Origin: Hamiltosporidium tvaerminnensis FI-OER-3-3
Taxonomy: Eukaryota; Fungi; Microsporidia
Assembly (NCBI GenBank): GCA_022605425.2
Contig: JAKIMF020000001.1
Span: forward strand, 1,550,001-1,614,000
DNA: 64,000 nucleotides
Reading direction: 5' to 3'
The translations under genes and the position numbers were made by a program. Every line of letters starts with the position of its first letter. Position 1 is the first letter of the stretch. This document shows positions 35,668 to 47,741 of the stretch, one piece after another. The notes beneath the pieces are model-generated. The model had not been told where the DNA came from. It did not search any database and was given only the letters and a program-made list of their open reading frames with translations.

Positions 35668-37974
35668 TTAATTATTCTTGATAACCAAAGAAAACTTATC
35701 GTTTTCAAATTCTTCATGAAATCTGTACTTAAAATCCATTTGCGAAGATGTATTTAATGCATCTAAATGTAGAATTAAATTCTTATAATTCATGAAGAAT
35801 ATTTCTTTTAGAATCTTATATGTTTCATGATACGGTTCAAAAATACTAAGACTTAATCTTTTCAAACTTTTTAATTTTCTTATGAAATATAAATCTAAAA
35901 TACGCAATGACAGTTTTTTCAAATATAAATTTTCAATTATGTAATTTTCTTGTGTGTTAAAAAGTTCATAAAAATTCAGTTCTTTGATTTTACAAGAAAT
36001 AAATGTTAAGGTATGCATACTTTTGAATTTACAAAGACTTAATTTATCATTTTTATCAATTGAAATTCTATCTAATGTTAATATTCTTACTAAGTTAAAT
36101 GTACTAGGCTCAAATATTTTTGAAAGAGTACCACCCGGAAAATCTTCACCGAGTGTAAATTCATCAATTGGATAACTCGAAGAAAAATCTGGAATCGTTT
36201 GAGTTAAAATATATGAAACATTATATTTTATTCTTTTCAAAAACTTAAAACTGCAAATTTTGTTATATTCCTGATTAAAGATGGAAAATTTTCTATGCGA
36301 AGATATATTTAAACTTTCTAGATTAATCATTGCACATAAAAACCCAAAGAAACATTTTTCTTTGCTTACAGTAGAATTAATGATCTTAAAATTAATAATG
36401 TTTTCGTTTTCCTTAAACATCAAACTATTTTTTTCAAAAATAATATTTGAATTTAAGATATTCAAGTTTTCCAATTTTGGAAATATCAAAACATCCGTTA
36501 ATAATTTATCATTCAATTCCATATAAGACAAGCTAATATCTAAAATACTATCATAGATTTCAGAATCAGTAAGCTTAAACCCGGTTATAAAAAAATTTTT
36601 AAATCGCAATTCGATAGAAAGAATTTCCCTCGAATCTCTAGTGAGAAATATTACATCAATATAATGATTTTTAATTTCACCAAATAAGTAGATAAAAAAA
36701 GGATATTTAGAAAAATATAAATTAAAAAGATTTGTAGTATTCATGAAATTCTGTTGAAACGTTAACGGTTTCATGTTTAACTTTTCACTGGTTCTTCTAT
36801 CAGTAAAATTTGATACATTATATGGATTAAAAATTTCTTTAATGATTTTCTTTTCTAGGTATTTATAGTGAGGTAACATATCTGATAGATTCTGAGATTG
36901 TAAAAATAATGAATGATAGATTATATATCTTTTTACTGATTTTAATTCAGAGATTAAATATTCTTCCATCATATTGAATTTACATTCAATAAAGCCAATT
37001 GATTTGCAAGTGTGTATAGAATTAGATGTTTTTAAAGCTTTTAAAAAAAATTCTATTTCTGAACATTTATAAAATATAATTTCATTCAATTTAGCAAAAA
37101 ATATTGAGATTGTATTTTTAGATACAAAATATTTTCCAGATACTTTTGAAATAAAAAGGTCTTGAAATGCTAATCTACTAAGCAATACTTCCAATAAAAC
37201 TCTTAATTTTGAACAGCAAACACACATTCTATTGATTTCCAAAATAATTATTACATCAAGATATAAAAAATTTTCATTTATACTGAGTATTTTTTTATGA
37301 TAATCATCCAAAGAGTAAATTACCTTAGAATTCTTACCAATTTGAATCAGGCATATATTTTTACAAATAAAAAGTTTAAATAATTGTAAAATAACAATTC
37401 TAGATAAATCTACACATAGAATCATATCTTTTACATTTTCATTACTATTATATATGAAATCATCATTTAAACTGTATAATACTGATGTTAATATAAAACG
37501 TATAAAGTCATCGAAAAACTCATTTTTTATGAATTTAAAAATATCAAATATCTGCAGAACCTCTAAAAGTTTTTTGTAGCTGAAATTATCAATTAAACAA
37601 GGAAATTCACACAAAATCTTATAAAAATATATGAATTCTTGGTAGCTTAAAACACTACTTTGAATATAAATTTTGTACGGTGAATTTTCTTTAGATTCTA
37701 ACGGATCTTTAAATTTCAATAGAATTTCAGCTCTGTTCCATATAAACATTTCAGAATATTGTTTACAAGTGCAAAAACCAGGAAACTTATATTTTTCGTT
37801 TATAAACTCAGAATAAACAACAGATTCATTTGAATTGAAATCAGTCGCGGGTAAAATATAATCATGGTTTTCATAAAAATATAGAATAATAGTGTTATTA
37901 GTCTTAATTCCACTTAACATAAACAAATATAAACATATTTTTGCAGAAAAAAGTTTCATTCTAAAAAATATCAT
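35668..37974 (-). CDS. Predicted secreted leucine-rich-repeat protein (lineage-expanded family)
   Basis: 768 aa with a hydrophobic N-terminus (KLFSAKICLYLFMLSG). C-terminal LxxLxL repeats: FPKLENLNI, MINLESLNI, LVRILTLD, MHTLTF, IENLYL, LKSLKRLSL. Confidence 0.7.
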   Translation of the reverse strand: MIFFRMKLFSAKICLYLFMLSGIKTNNTIILYFYENHDYILPATDFNSNESVVYSEFINEKYKFPGFCTCKQYSEMFIWNRAEILLKFKDPLESKENSPYKIYIQSSVLSYQEFIYFYKILCEFPCLIDNFSYKKLLEVLQIFDIFKFIKNEFFDDFIRFILTSVLYSLNDDFIYNSNENVKDMILCVDLSRIVILQLFKLFICKNICLIQIGKNSKVIYSLDDYHKKILSINENFLYLDVIIILEINRMCVCCSKLRVLLEVLLSRLAFQDLFISKVSGKYFVSKNTISIFFAKLNEIIFYKCSEIEFFLKALKTSNSIHTCKSIGFIECKFNMMEEYLISELKSVKRYIIYHSLFLQSQNLSDMLPHYKYLEKKIIKEIFNPYNVSNFTDRRTSEKLNMKPLTFQQNFMNTTNLFNLYFSKYPFFIYLFGEIKNHYIDVIFLTRDSREILSIELRFKNFFITGFKLTDSEIYDSILDISLSYMELNDKLLTDVLIFPKLENLNILNSNIIFEKNSLMFKENENIINFKIINSTVSKEKCFFGFLCAMINLESLNISSHRKFSIFNQEYNKICSFKFLKRIKYNVSYILTQTIPDFSSSYPIDEFTLGEDFPGGTLSKIFEPSTFNLVRILTLDRISIDKNDKLSLCKFKSMHTLTFISCKIKELNFYELFNTQENYIIENLYLKKLSLRILDLYFIRKLKSLKRLSLSIFEPYHETYKILKEIFFMNYKNLILHLDALNTSSQMDFKYRFHEEFENDKFSLVIKNN

Positions 37975-39564
37975 TCTAGTAGCATCAATTTTTTAAAATA
38001 TATAAAAAAAAATTTACTGATAAGGAAATCAAATTACTGATAGTGAAGCCAATATACACTTTATTAAAGGATCAAAAAAAATTAGAGAAAGATTTGAATT
38101 ATTATAAACATTAAACAACTCTTTGATCATTATATGACATAATAAATTACTTATTGATGTTTTGTCTTTATAAAGATAGAAGAAAATATATAAAAATAGC
38201 AAAAAATATCTTAACCCGAATTTTATTAAATAAATAGATGTTTTTCTTTATTATTTCAAGTTAAAATGCAAGGGAATTATCAGAATATAATTTATATCTT
38301 AAAAAACAAAATATTAAATATAAATTTGCTTGTATTTACAACACATCGATGAGATTTTATAGGAAAATATAAATAAATTTTTTTATAAAACATAAAAATA
38401 TTAAAATTGGATTTAATAATAATAAATAAATGCTTTTTAATCAAAAAAAAAATTTTTTTAAGAAAAATTAATAATTGTAAAAAAATCTCTAAAAACGATA
38501 TTCAAATAGAAATATTATTAATACTATTACATATCGAATAAAATTTGTTTTAGTTGAATTAAATACTGTGCATTAATAAAATAAAAGTACGTTTTTACAT
38601 TTCTACTTTCTTATTCAGCAATACTTGTCTTTAATTTTTGTATTTATAAAAAAGATAAATAAAAATCATTTTCTCATCATAAAATTTTTGAAAGTATATT
38701 CCGTTGTAATAAAGTAATATGACACTAATGAAACACTGATAAAGCATTTTAGAACATCTGATCATTACCTTTTGACCGTAATCATATTAAAATTCTTATT
38801 TCTGGTTAAAAATAATATTTTGATTGTGTTTTAAAGTATCATTTTACTCTCAATCTTTAATATTTACTCAGATATTTTTAAATTTATTTGTTAGATTGTA
38901 AAAAATATAATCTATGTTTATTCTATACAGAAATAATAATTCATTATTCCAACTAAATTAGACCAAACTGATTTAAAGTATTTTTTACTTTCTAAATTTT
39001 TCTGTTAACACTAATCAACTAGCCTTAAGAAGTAATTAATAGGTAAATAACATTGGATCCTTGATTTACATTATTAAAATAATAATATCCGGTTTTTCCT
39101 ACCAATCCTGATATTAAATTTTTATTTTGCTGCTCTTTTATCTTCAAAATACTTAAAATTTATAATCTACAGAAAAAAAAAATTTCTATTTTTTTCTAAA
39201 CTCTAAAATAATATTTATTTAAAAGAATGAATATAGAAAATATTAAATTCTATTTTAATCATATTATACACTGTTCGGAAAGGTTTAATCAAATCTTTAA
39301 AATCAAACTTTTTTTTCTTCAACGTACAAATTTATATTTTTAAAAAATATTTTTGCCTTGAATATAGTAAAAATAACATCGTTATTTTCAGTTTTTAAAC
39401 TGATATATATTAGAAAATGTATTATAGATTATTTAGTAAACCAAAAGCACATTGATTTCCTCAGTAAATTTTTTTAAATTTAACATTTTTTTTTGAATAT
39501 TTTTATTTTACCTAAAATTACTGAGAATTATATGCTATTTTTATTTAAAATTCATAAATATTTT

Positions 39565-39685
39565 AGAAAAATAAATTTCATTTTTACTGAAAAAAAAGTT
39601 TATTTCTAAGAATAATTTCATTTTTACTGAAAACAAAGTTTATCTTTGGAAATAAATTTCATTTTTACTGAAAACAAAAATTATG
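39565..39685. repeat. Short tandem repeat, ~41-bp unit x 3
   Basis: aataa(a)tttcatttttactgaaaa.aaa occurs three times. Confidence 0.8.
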
Positions 39686-39932
39686 TTTAAGAATAAAACT
39701 AGGTATTTTACGATAAGATAACCTAGTATATCCTAGATTATGTAATTTAATTATATTTCTAACTATAAGTTAGACTCGAAAATAAACTTTTGTTTCCATG
39801 TTTATAATATAAAAAATTAATAAATAAATTAATTAAAAATCTAAGAAATATCAATCATTAATAAATAAATAAAATCTTAAAAATACAACTAAAAACTTAA
39901 AAAATACTCATAAAATTATTTTAAATAAGAAA

Positions 39933-42446
39933 TTATTGTCTTGAATTACTAAAAATTTCATAAACCTTTTCACACACTTTTTTAAGACATTTATTATCTG
40001 TTACAGCAGATTTACTAATAAAATCGATAACCCAATTCTCTGATAATTCATTTTTCAATCCATACATTCTAACAAGATCTCCAAGTATTTGAACACATTC
40101 TTTTGTACAAACCCTATTCACATCTTCATTTATAACTTTTTTAGTTAAAAAAATTATATTATCTAAATTACTTCTAAGTTTAGGGGTGTCACCTAAACTT
40201 ATTAAGATGCAAGTGCATAGTTGTATTACACTCAATCTTAATGAATCTACATAAGATTCGCCTATTTTTCGATCTAAAGGCAATATTTGTTCTAAGATTG
40301 ACATTGTTACATCCAAATACATTTCAAAGCTTTTACTCATGGCAAGTGCTACATCACCAAAAACAGAAAGAATCAGAGGTTTCACTGCTGAAGAAACTTT
40401 AGAAGAAGCCAAAGAATTTAAAAGCAGCGGAACAATTTTGTTAGAAATTACTAAAAATCCTTGATTAGTTATATTAGCAATATCACCAGAATAAATAACT
40501 ACTGGTTTTAAAATTATATCTTCCTCGCTAGTCAAATCTCTACAAAGAAATGGCAAAATCTTAGGAATATTTGAAGTATAAAATGAAACCACCGTCGAAA
40601 TTTGAGAAAGACACATATAAACATCTCCATAACAACAGGTAGGCTTCTCGATAGACAATATTTCTATAAAAACACTTAAAATTCGATTATTAAATTCTCC
40701 CAAACTCTTTTCTCCTCTGACAATTATAATTTGCTGTATTAAAACAATATAATTGGAAATAAAATCTTCAAGAAAATAAAATTCGTCTTCGGTCACATTT
40801 TTAGATCTTTCAATAAATTTTTCAACTCTGTTCAAAAGATAATCCAAAAATTTGTCTAAAATTCCATAACTGGATGCAGCACACGCATTTATTAATTCTG
40901 CGAGGGCTGTAAATAAGGCAGTTGTTAAGGTATAATTTTTTGTGTTTACGCTTTCAGCTGCAAATGCGAGAGATCCTAAAAGTTTATCGTAGAAAAATGT
41001 TAGAACATTTTCAAAATCCCATTCTTTATCTCTTCTTTCAGAAACATAAATTGAAAAATAATTAATTACCCACGCTGCATTGATATTTGCCTTTGATTGT
41101 TGCAACAAAATATTTGAAATACTATCGACAAGATTTTGTAGCCCAGCACCTGGATCAATACAATCAAAATTTTTTTCACAAATTCTTGCTAAACACCACA
41201 AAGAAACATCAGTAAGCTCCTCTATAGGTAAATACGTTATGACTGTATCTGAAACTTCACTAAGAAATTGTTTTGAAGTATCCCCCTTTGGTGAAATCAA
41301 AGATCCGAGTGCAACAATTCCGACTTCTTTTTCTTCAATTTCTTCAGAACTTAAATATCTCAAAACACAGTTTTGTATGTCATCGACAGTTAAAAGATCG
41401 AACGAAATTGTGGCAGAAATCAGTTGTAAACAAGAAGCTGCCGATTTATGAACTGACCACATCGATCCATCCAAGTTTACTTTTTTTAACATTTCAATAC
41501 AACTTGGAACAATTTGTACAGAATATTTATCCAAAAACTTTTCTTTTTTATTTTCTTCAATTTCTGCAAGAGAACTCCAAAAATCTAAAATTTGATATAA
41601 AATTTCATCGTCTTTTGAAGATAAAAAATTATTTAAAAACAAAATAATTTCAGGAATTTTAAATTTGATATTTTCGTAGTATAAATTTACTAATTTAACC
41701 ATACAAGCCAATGCACACGCAGTCACTTTAATATTATTGTCATGACACTGTGCAGCTATTTTTAATAAAAGAGTATTAATATGATTTTCAGATTTAATTA
41801 TTTCAGATATTCCTTCTAAAGAATATCCCAATGCTTTTAAAGAATTAGTTCTGATTTCAAAAATTTCGTTTGTTTCCAATTTAAAAATTGAAATCTTTAA
41901 AATGCTATGAGCATACGGTTTAAAAGAAAATTCAGAACATTCGGAAAGAAATAAACACAGTGTTCCTATACATTCCAACAAACCCAAGGTACAATTAGTA
42001 TTTGAAGAATTTATAAGCATTTTATATATTTCTTCAAAAAATATTGAATTTGGTGTTTTAGGAACTTCTATCCTAGCAATACCAGCAATTATTTTTCCAC
42101 TACAAACACTCACTGATATTTTAGAAGAATTTAATGATTTAATAAGCTGAGTCTTCAAATTTATTTTTTCGTTTTCTGATAAAGAAAAATACCTACTTTC
42201 TATCTTCTGTTGTAATAAAGGGTCAGCAGAATGAATACTATTCCTTAAAATAATACCAGCTGTGGTTCTTAAACCTATCTTATCATCACCTAAATATTCA
42301 TCAGAAAATATTTGTAGTAATACTTCTAAATATAAGTAAAAATCGGATTCTTGAAATTCTAAAATCTTTCTTTCACTAATTGCTCTTACTTCTGTATTTA
42401 GCGAAAGAACACCCCGTATTAGATTTTCCATTTCGTTTCTGTTCAT
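39933..42446 (-). CDS. KAP95: Importin beta-1 (karyopherin beta)
   Basis: 837-aa HEAT-repeat protein. IBN-N segment (RTTAGIILRNSI), QILDFWSSLAEIE, W..HKSAASCLQL, VKPLILSVFGDVALA. CCC upstream of the ATG. Confidence 0.9.
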   Translation of the reverse strand: MNRNEMENLIRGVLSLNTEVRAISERKILEFQESDFYLYLEVLLQIFSDEYLGDDKIGLRTTAGIILRNSIHSADPLLQQKIESRYFSLSENEKINLKTQLIKSLNSSKISVSVCSGKIIAGIARIEVPKTPNSIFFEEIYKMLINSSNTNCTLGLLECIGTLCLFLSECSEFSFKPYAHSILKISIFKLETNEIFEIRTNSLKALGYSLEGISEIIKSENHINTLLLKIAAQCHDNNIKVTACALACMVKLVNLYYENIKFKIPEIILFLNNFLSSKDDEILYQILDFWSSLAEIEENKKEKFLDKYSVQIVPSCIEMLKKVNLDGSMWSVHKSAASCLQLISATISFDLLTVDDIQNCVLRYLSSEEIEEKEVGIVALGSLISPKGDTSKQFLSEVSDTVITYLPIEELTDVSLWCLARICEKNFDCIDPGAGLQNLVDSISNILLQQSKANINAAWVINYFSIYVSERRDKEWDFENVLTFFYDKLLGSLAFAAESVNTKNYTLTTALFTALAELINACAASSYGILDKFLDYLLNRVEKFIERSKNVTEDEFYFLEDFISNYIVLIQQIIIVRGEKSLGEFNNRILSVFIEILSIEKPTCCYGDVYMCLSQISTVVSFYTSNIPKILPFLCRDLTSEEDIILKPVVIYSGDIANITNQGFLVISNKIVPLLLNSLASSKVSSAVKPLILSVFGDVALAMSKSFEMYLDVTMSILEQILPLDRKIGESYVDSLRLSVIQLCTCILISLGDTPKLRSNLDNIIFLTKKVINEDVNRVCTKECVQILGDLVRMYGLKNELSENWVIDFISKSAVTDNKCLKKVCEKVYEIFSNSRQ

Positions 42447-42841
42447 GCAAGGGTACTTTTTTATTCTATTTATTCATTTTAATTCAAAAAAAACGGAAAT
42501 TAAATTCTCAAAATAAATATTTTTTTTTGAATCTATGAAAGGATTTACTGGTTCAACCATTTTTATTAAAGAATAAATTTTGAAGTTGTTTAAAAAAAGA
42601 AAAAAATGTGAAATAATTAAAAACTAGAATATCATATGAATAAGAGAAATTAAGAAAAATTTAAATGTAAAACTTTGAAATTAGAAAGGAGTGCAAATGT
42701 TATTTGATCTCACAGGATAAATAGATTAATAATAATATTAATTAAATAAGTGATGAAACTGAATTAGGAATCATGAATAACGATAAAAATGGAAGTAAAA
42801 TATAAAGTGCGTATTTCATTAAATTTTCTATATTTTGATTG

Positions 42842-43562
42842 ATGTAGGCAGGATAACCACATAAAAACTGTGTACTTGGCAATGAATATTTGAAGTATGA
42901 AGTATGATTGTTTGGATTTTTAGTGGGTATAAAACCACACCTCATCTTCGGTTTTTTTTTTGGGTAAAGTTATGAGGAAGAGAAAGTCTATGCAATGGCA
43001 TGTCATTTTATATAAATTTATTTGTGGTTTTTCATGTAACGATTGTAGACTGCGGTTGTTCCTGTAGGTAATTGCCATGCAGAAGCATGGAAACCTAGCC
43101 TTTAGAACTCGGTTCAGAAGACTTAGCGTCTGGGAGACATAGAAAACAAAACTATTAAAGCCGGGAAAGCTAAGTAACAGGTTATACTTGTTGGTATGAC
43201 ATTGCAATGTCTAAATGGATCCCATGTAAGTCCCTGAAATATATCTTAGATAGAAGTTTATTTGGTTCTGTAAGTGTAGAGTATGTGAATGCTGCATAGT
43301 CTTGGGTGAGGCCAGGTTAAGGTTGACCTACGATCACACTCCATGCAACGGACATCAACAAATACAGGGCAACTGCTCGCTTATTAATTAGGTTCTATAC
43401 ACCTGTTAGATGAAAGGCTTTTGAATGTAGGTATCGCAGGGGTTACTGATGGAGTGTTAGGGGAGCAGTTAATTATGTTAAACCTAGAACTGCGTTAATA
43501 TCATAAAAACAAATATAACACTTGCCACTATTTTAAGAAGATATGATGTTTTTAAATAAAAG
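42842..43562 (+). repeat. Copy 4 of the ~700-nt structured element
   Basis: Closest to copy 5, e.g. gtaggtatcgcaggggttacYgatggagtgtt and tgttaaacctagaactgcgttaat. Same ends as the other copies. Confidence 0.92.
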
Positions 43563-46500
43563 TAAATAATTTAATTTTGGTTTTTATCTTTTATACAGTT
43601 TACAATTTTTTTTATAGATTTACATCCGAAAATTCTTTACAAAATAAGATTTTATTTTGTATTGAAAACTTATATTTATGAATATTTAAGTATTATAAAT
43701 TATCTACTACATTTGGAAGAAAATTTTGAGATTTTTTAAAAGATTATTAATTTCATTAAGACTTTAGCGAATAGATGTAAAGAATATATAGTAACATGTT
43801 CATACCAGATATATTAAAATTTATTTGTTTTCGGCTATATTACTTCCAAATAGATATAAGCATTAAGGAAACAAGTCGGGTGTGGCTTTATTCGATAAAG
43901 GAATGAAAAAAAGATTTTTCTTATTCAAATAATCACATATCAAATTCGAAACAAAAAATTTGTTTTATTTATTTATATAAGATTTAAATGAATTTAACCT
44001 ACAAAATGAAAGTTAAATTGCGGGATTTCTTTTAATTGTTGAAAAAGAGGAAGTTATAAATTACTAAGCATTATATTTAGTTAATATAATAAAAAACAAT
44101 ACCTTTGAAAATTTTTTGCTTCAACAATAGTTGTTCTGACACAATAATTTTTTTTTATTTGTAATATTCAAATAAAAATACTATTTACTAATATATATTC
44201 ACTTGGTATTCACTGGAATCTATATTTTTGTTCAAAAAATTGTGCTCTATTCAAGTGTGACTTCCTTTAGACTTTAAATAAGCGTTCAACGATATGAACA
44301 AAGATAAAAAAACATAACCAATCTCTTGTATTTACTTCATATCCTTATTAAAAGAAGCAGATAGTTTAAAGAAAATAAATATCGAATTATTTAAATTACA
44401 ATCATTAAAAAGGCAAGAATAAAGCATAAATTAAATTTAATGAAAAACCTTTATAGACGGCAAGGAATTGTACGACGAAGAAGTAGAAAAATAAGAAAAT
44501 TATTTAGTAAATTAAATAAAAAAATTTGCTATTTTCCTAATCAAAACTTAAAGAAAGGCCAATAATTTAATGTTTTGATATGAGTTGTTTACAGAAAAGA
44601 TTCTTTAAAAGGATATTTTAATATATTACATTGAGTTCTTATGAGTATAACTTGTAAAGTTCTTTTTTATTCTTCAGATATATAAAAATCAAGAAAATAA
44701 TAAATTCTAGCTTTGTCTCTGTCTTGTTATTTTCATACGTACACTAAAAATTTTCTTATATTCAAGCGCTTTGGTTTTTCCTTTCCAACTCTTTTGTAGT
44801 TTTATTTATTAAAATTCTTTTCATGAATAAAGTAAAATTCTTTGATGAAACTAACTTTCTGGCTTTTAACTTAGTCTCTAAATAGAAATAAAAACGTTTA
44901 AGATATTAAGAGAAGGTTAATTTGCTTTCTCAAATTTCAAATAATATTCGTTAATTTGGGATTCGCCATTTCGTTCCTAAAAATTAAATATTCATAAATA
45001 TATCTTCACTAAAAAATCAATTAAACATCGATATGTTCAATGCCAGAATTTTTTACAATTTATTTTTCTAAATTTTAGTTTTAATGATGGGCTTTGCGCG
45101 ATATCCTCTAAATTTTACAAATCATATAGATAAATTCGAAAGTAAAACCCAAATAAAAGTCTTTTATTATCAAAAATTTCGATAAAAAATAGAAAAAGAT
45201 ATTTTTTTTGAACTTTTTATTTATTCTATAAATTTTTCATCAATCCAACAATCAACCTGTCATTTTCATAGAACTTTATTTGCTAACAGGGACAGTTTTT
45301 GCGGGGTTGTCCAGCCCCAACACTTATATTTTAAGCTCAGATTCTTCATTATGTTCTAATATGATTTTTAAGCAAGTGAATTTTTCTGGATATTTAAACA
45401 TTTCAATGTATACATCGATGTTTAAAACCCAATACCACTCAAATGCATTGATTGGTATTTTCTTTGTATCTATAAAGAAGTATTGTAATATTGAAACCAA
45501 AGCATTTATAACCAAAAATACTTCTACAATATATAAGGTAATATGGAAGGAACTATGGAAGTAATATATCACTTGATTACAAGATGATATCATTGTTATA
45601 AAGTAAAGATGTGAGTCATAATATATTTCTAAGATTGCTTGAACTAGTATGAAGAAGAGGATGACAGATAATGTTATCATAAACAAACAATGTTATTCAT
45701 TCTTTTATAATAAAAATTGTAAACAAGTTTCATGTTTCCTTATCAAATAAACAAATAAAAAATCAGATTTTAGAAAAATTAAACAATGAATATTTTGATT
45801 TGTTTATTTGAAATAATATTATTTGATTATTTATGAATTTTTATACAATTCGAATGCTTCAATTTTTAGAAAATTTGTATTAAAAGTATTTAAAAATATA
45901 ATCTGATACGGTAACTTTAATATAAATATTTAATTTTAAATTGTGAAAAATATTAAACGTAAGATAGAATATTGGAAAAAAATATTTTACTTGAAAAATT
46001 TAAAAACCGTCATGGAAATATTTGGTTCGTTTTTTATATTTAATTCGTCTTTTAGATTAGATTATATTTAATTTTATCTGTATTAAGAATATTTAATTAA
46101 ATTAAAAAATTGTTTAAAAAAATATACAGAAATATTTTTTATAATATAGAATTCTTAAATAAATTTGTTTTTTAATGCTTTGTTTTGAAACTTTCATTTT
46201 CAGTTTCATTCTTTCTTTATATCATAAAATTCGCTTAATATTGACGACTTTGTTTTGATTTCTTCTATAAGTTATAGTATAATAATTTTTGCGTTTATTT
46301 GTTTAATAACTTCTTTTCAAATGACGGGTACATGTAATTGTTAGAAATAAATTATAAAGAATTGATTTAAAAAGCTTTTTTTTAAAAAAAAGTAAAAAAT
46401 TAAATCATAAACAGATTTAAGAAATTTATACTTTTCTTACGGTTATTTAGTGACTAAATTTTTAATATCTAAGAGAATCAAATTAACCTAAAAAATTTAC

Positions 46501-46636
46501 AAACACGAAAAATTAAGATTTAAATTACTGAAATTAAACAATTCTATTGACAAAGAACTATAAATTATGAAATAAAAATTTAGAACTATAAAAAAGTTTA
46601 TAAAGCTCTTAAAATAAAAATATTTAATATATTTCG

Positions 46637-47361
46637 TCAACAAATTTCTTCTTCTTCTACTTCTGCTGAATTGTGAAGTACGTGTCCTATATTCTGGTTA
46701 TCAGCTATATCCTTTAAAATTTTATAATCATCTGTATATACCAATATAAAAATACTGTTCATATTTATTTTAATAATTTCATAATCCATATTTTTATGTA
46801 AAATTTTGCTTAAATCAGATTCTTCACAAAATAATTCCACTTCCATCCTTACTTTTTTTACAGAATCTCCCAATCTCTTAATTATATCATTCGCTTGCAT
46901 TTTACTTTCTTTATCCAAATCAATAATAAATTGACTTTTTCGCATCAGATCTTTAATTTTTCCGAACGATAGATATTTTCCATTCAAATCCAATACTTTT
47001 TTTTGTATTATTGATACTATTTCTGTTTCTTTTTTATTTATTTCATAATTTCTTGTTTTTTCATCTTTTTGTTCAATTCCGTATTTCAATATTTCTTTAA
47101 TAATTTCAATATTTGATAAATTAAAAAGTTCTAAATCTGCTTTGCTACAAAGCTCACCTAAAATTATTTTTTAAACTTACCTTTAGATACATTACGATAT
47201 ATTTTATCTGTATGTAATATTTTGTCAAGACATAAACTTTCATCCTTTCTGAATTCATATAATTTATTCGGATATAAAGCTAACTCATATCTTTTACCAT
47301 ATTTCTTTAAACTAACCACACTTACATTCGTTAATTTTTTTAAATTTTCTGGAGTAAACAT
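46637..47361 (-). CDS. SDO1: Ribosome maturation factor SBDS/Sdo1, two exons: complement(join(46637..47157,47181..47361)), 233 aa
   Basis: MFTP...LTNVSVV..KK.GKRYELALYPNK...NVSKG|ELCSKADL...EILKYG.EQ, later KMQANDIIKRL. Removing a 23-nt GT-AG intron joins the two track ORFs in frame (702 nt). GCCC precedes the ATG at 47361. Confidence 0.92.
47158..47180 (-). other. 23-nt spliceosomal intron in SDO1
   Basis: Minus strand GTAAGTTTAAAAAATAATTTTAG: GTAAGT donor, TAAT branch-like motif, TAG acceptor. Splicing restores homology. Confidence 0.9.
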
Positions 47362-47741
47362 GATGGGCGGTATGAAAAACAAAAATATTTTTCTAATTTT
47401 AATTTATCAACCATAATTTTTTTTCATCTTTTAGTCAAAGAGAAATAAAAATTACAAATAAGAATTCTCAAATAGAATCACAAATTCTTTTAATAATAAT
47501 AAAATTACAAGTAAAGTAAAAAATTACAGCTCATTTGTAAGCCATTTTTCAACAAGAAAAAAAATTCAATTAACTTTTTCCCATTAAATAAATTTTCTAA
47601 AAAAATATATTCACTTTACATTGCTAATTCCTTTTATTTTATTTCATTGTTAGATCGTTTTTTGAAAACAAATTTCTTTATTTCAATTTCAGAATTATTA
47701 CATATAAAATTTTAAAATGATTTATTCCCAGTAAATTTTAC

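Noticed and set aside
45324-45686. 120-aa hydrophobic ORF on the minus strand
   Set aside because: It has a TTG start, no CCC motif and no recognisable domain. It may be a pseudogene fragment, but I cannot support a call.
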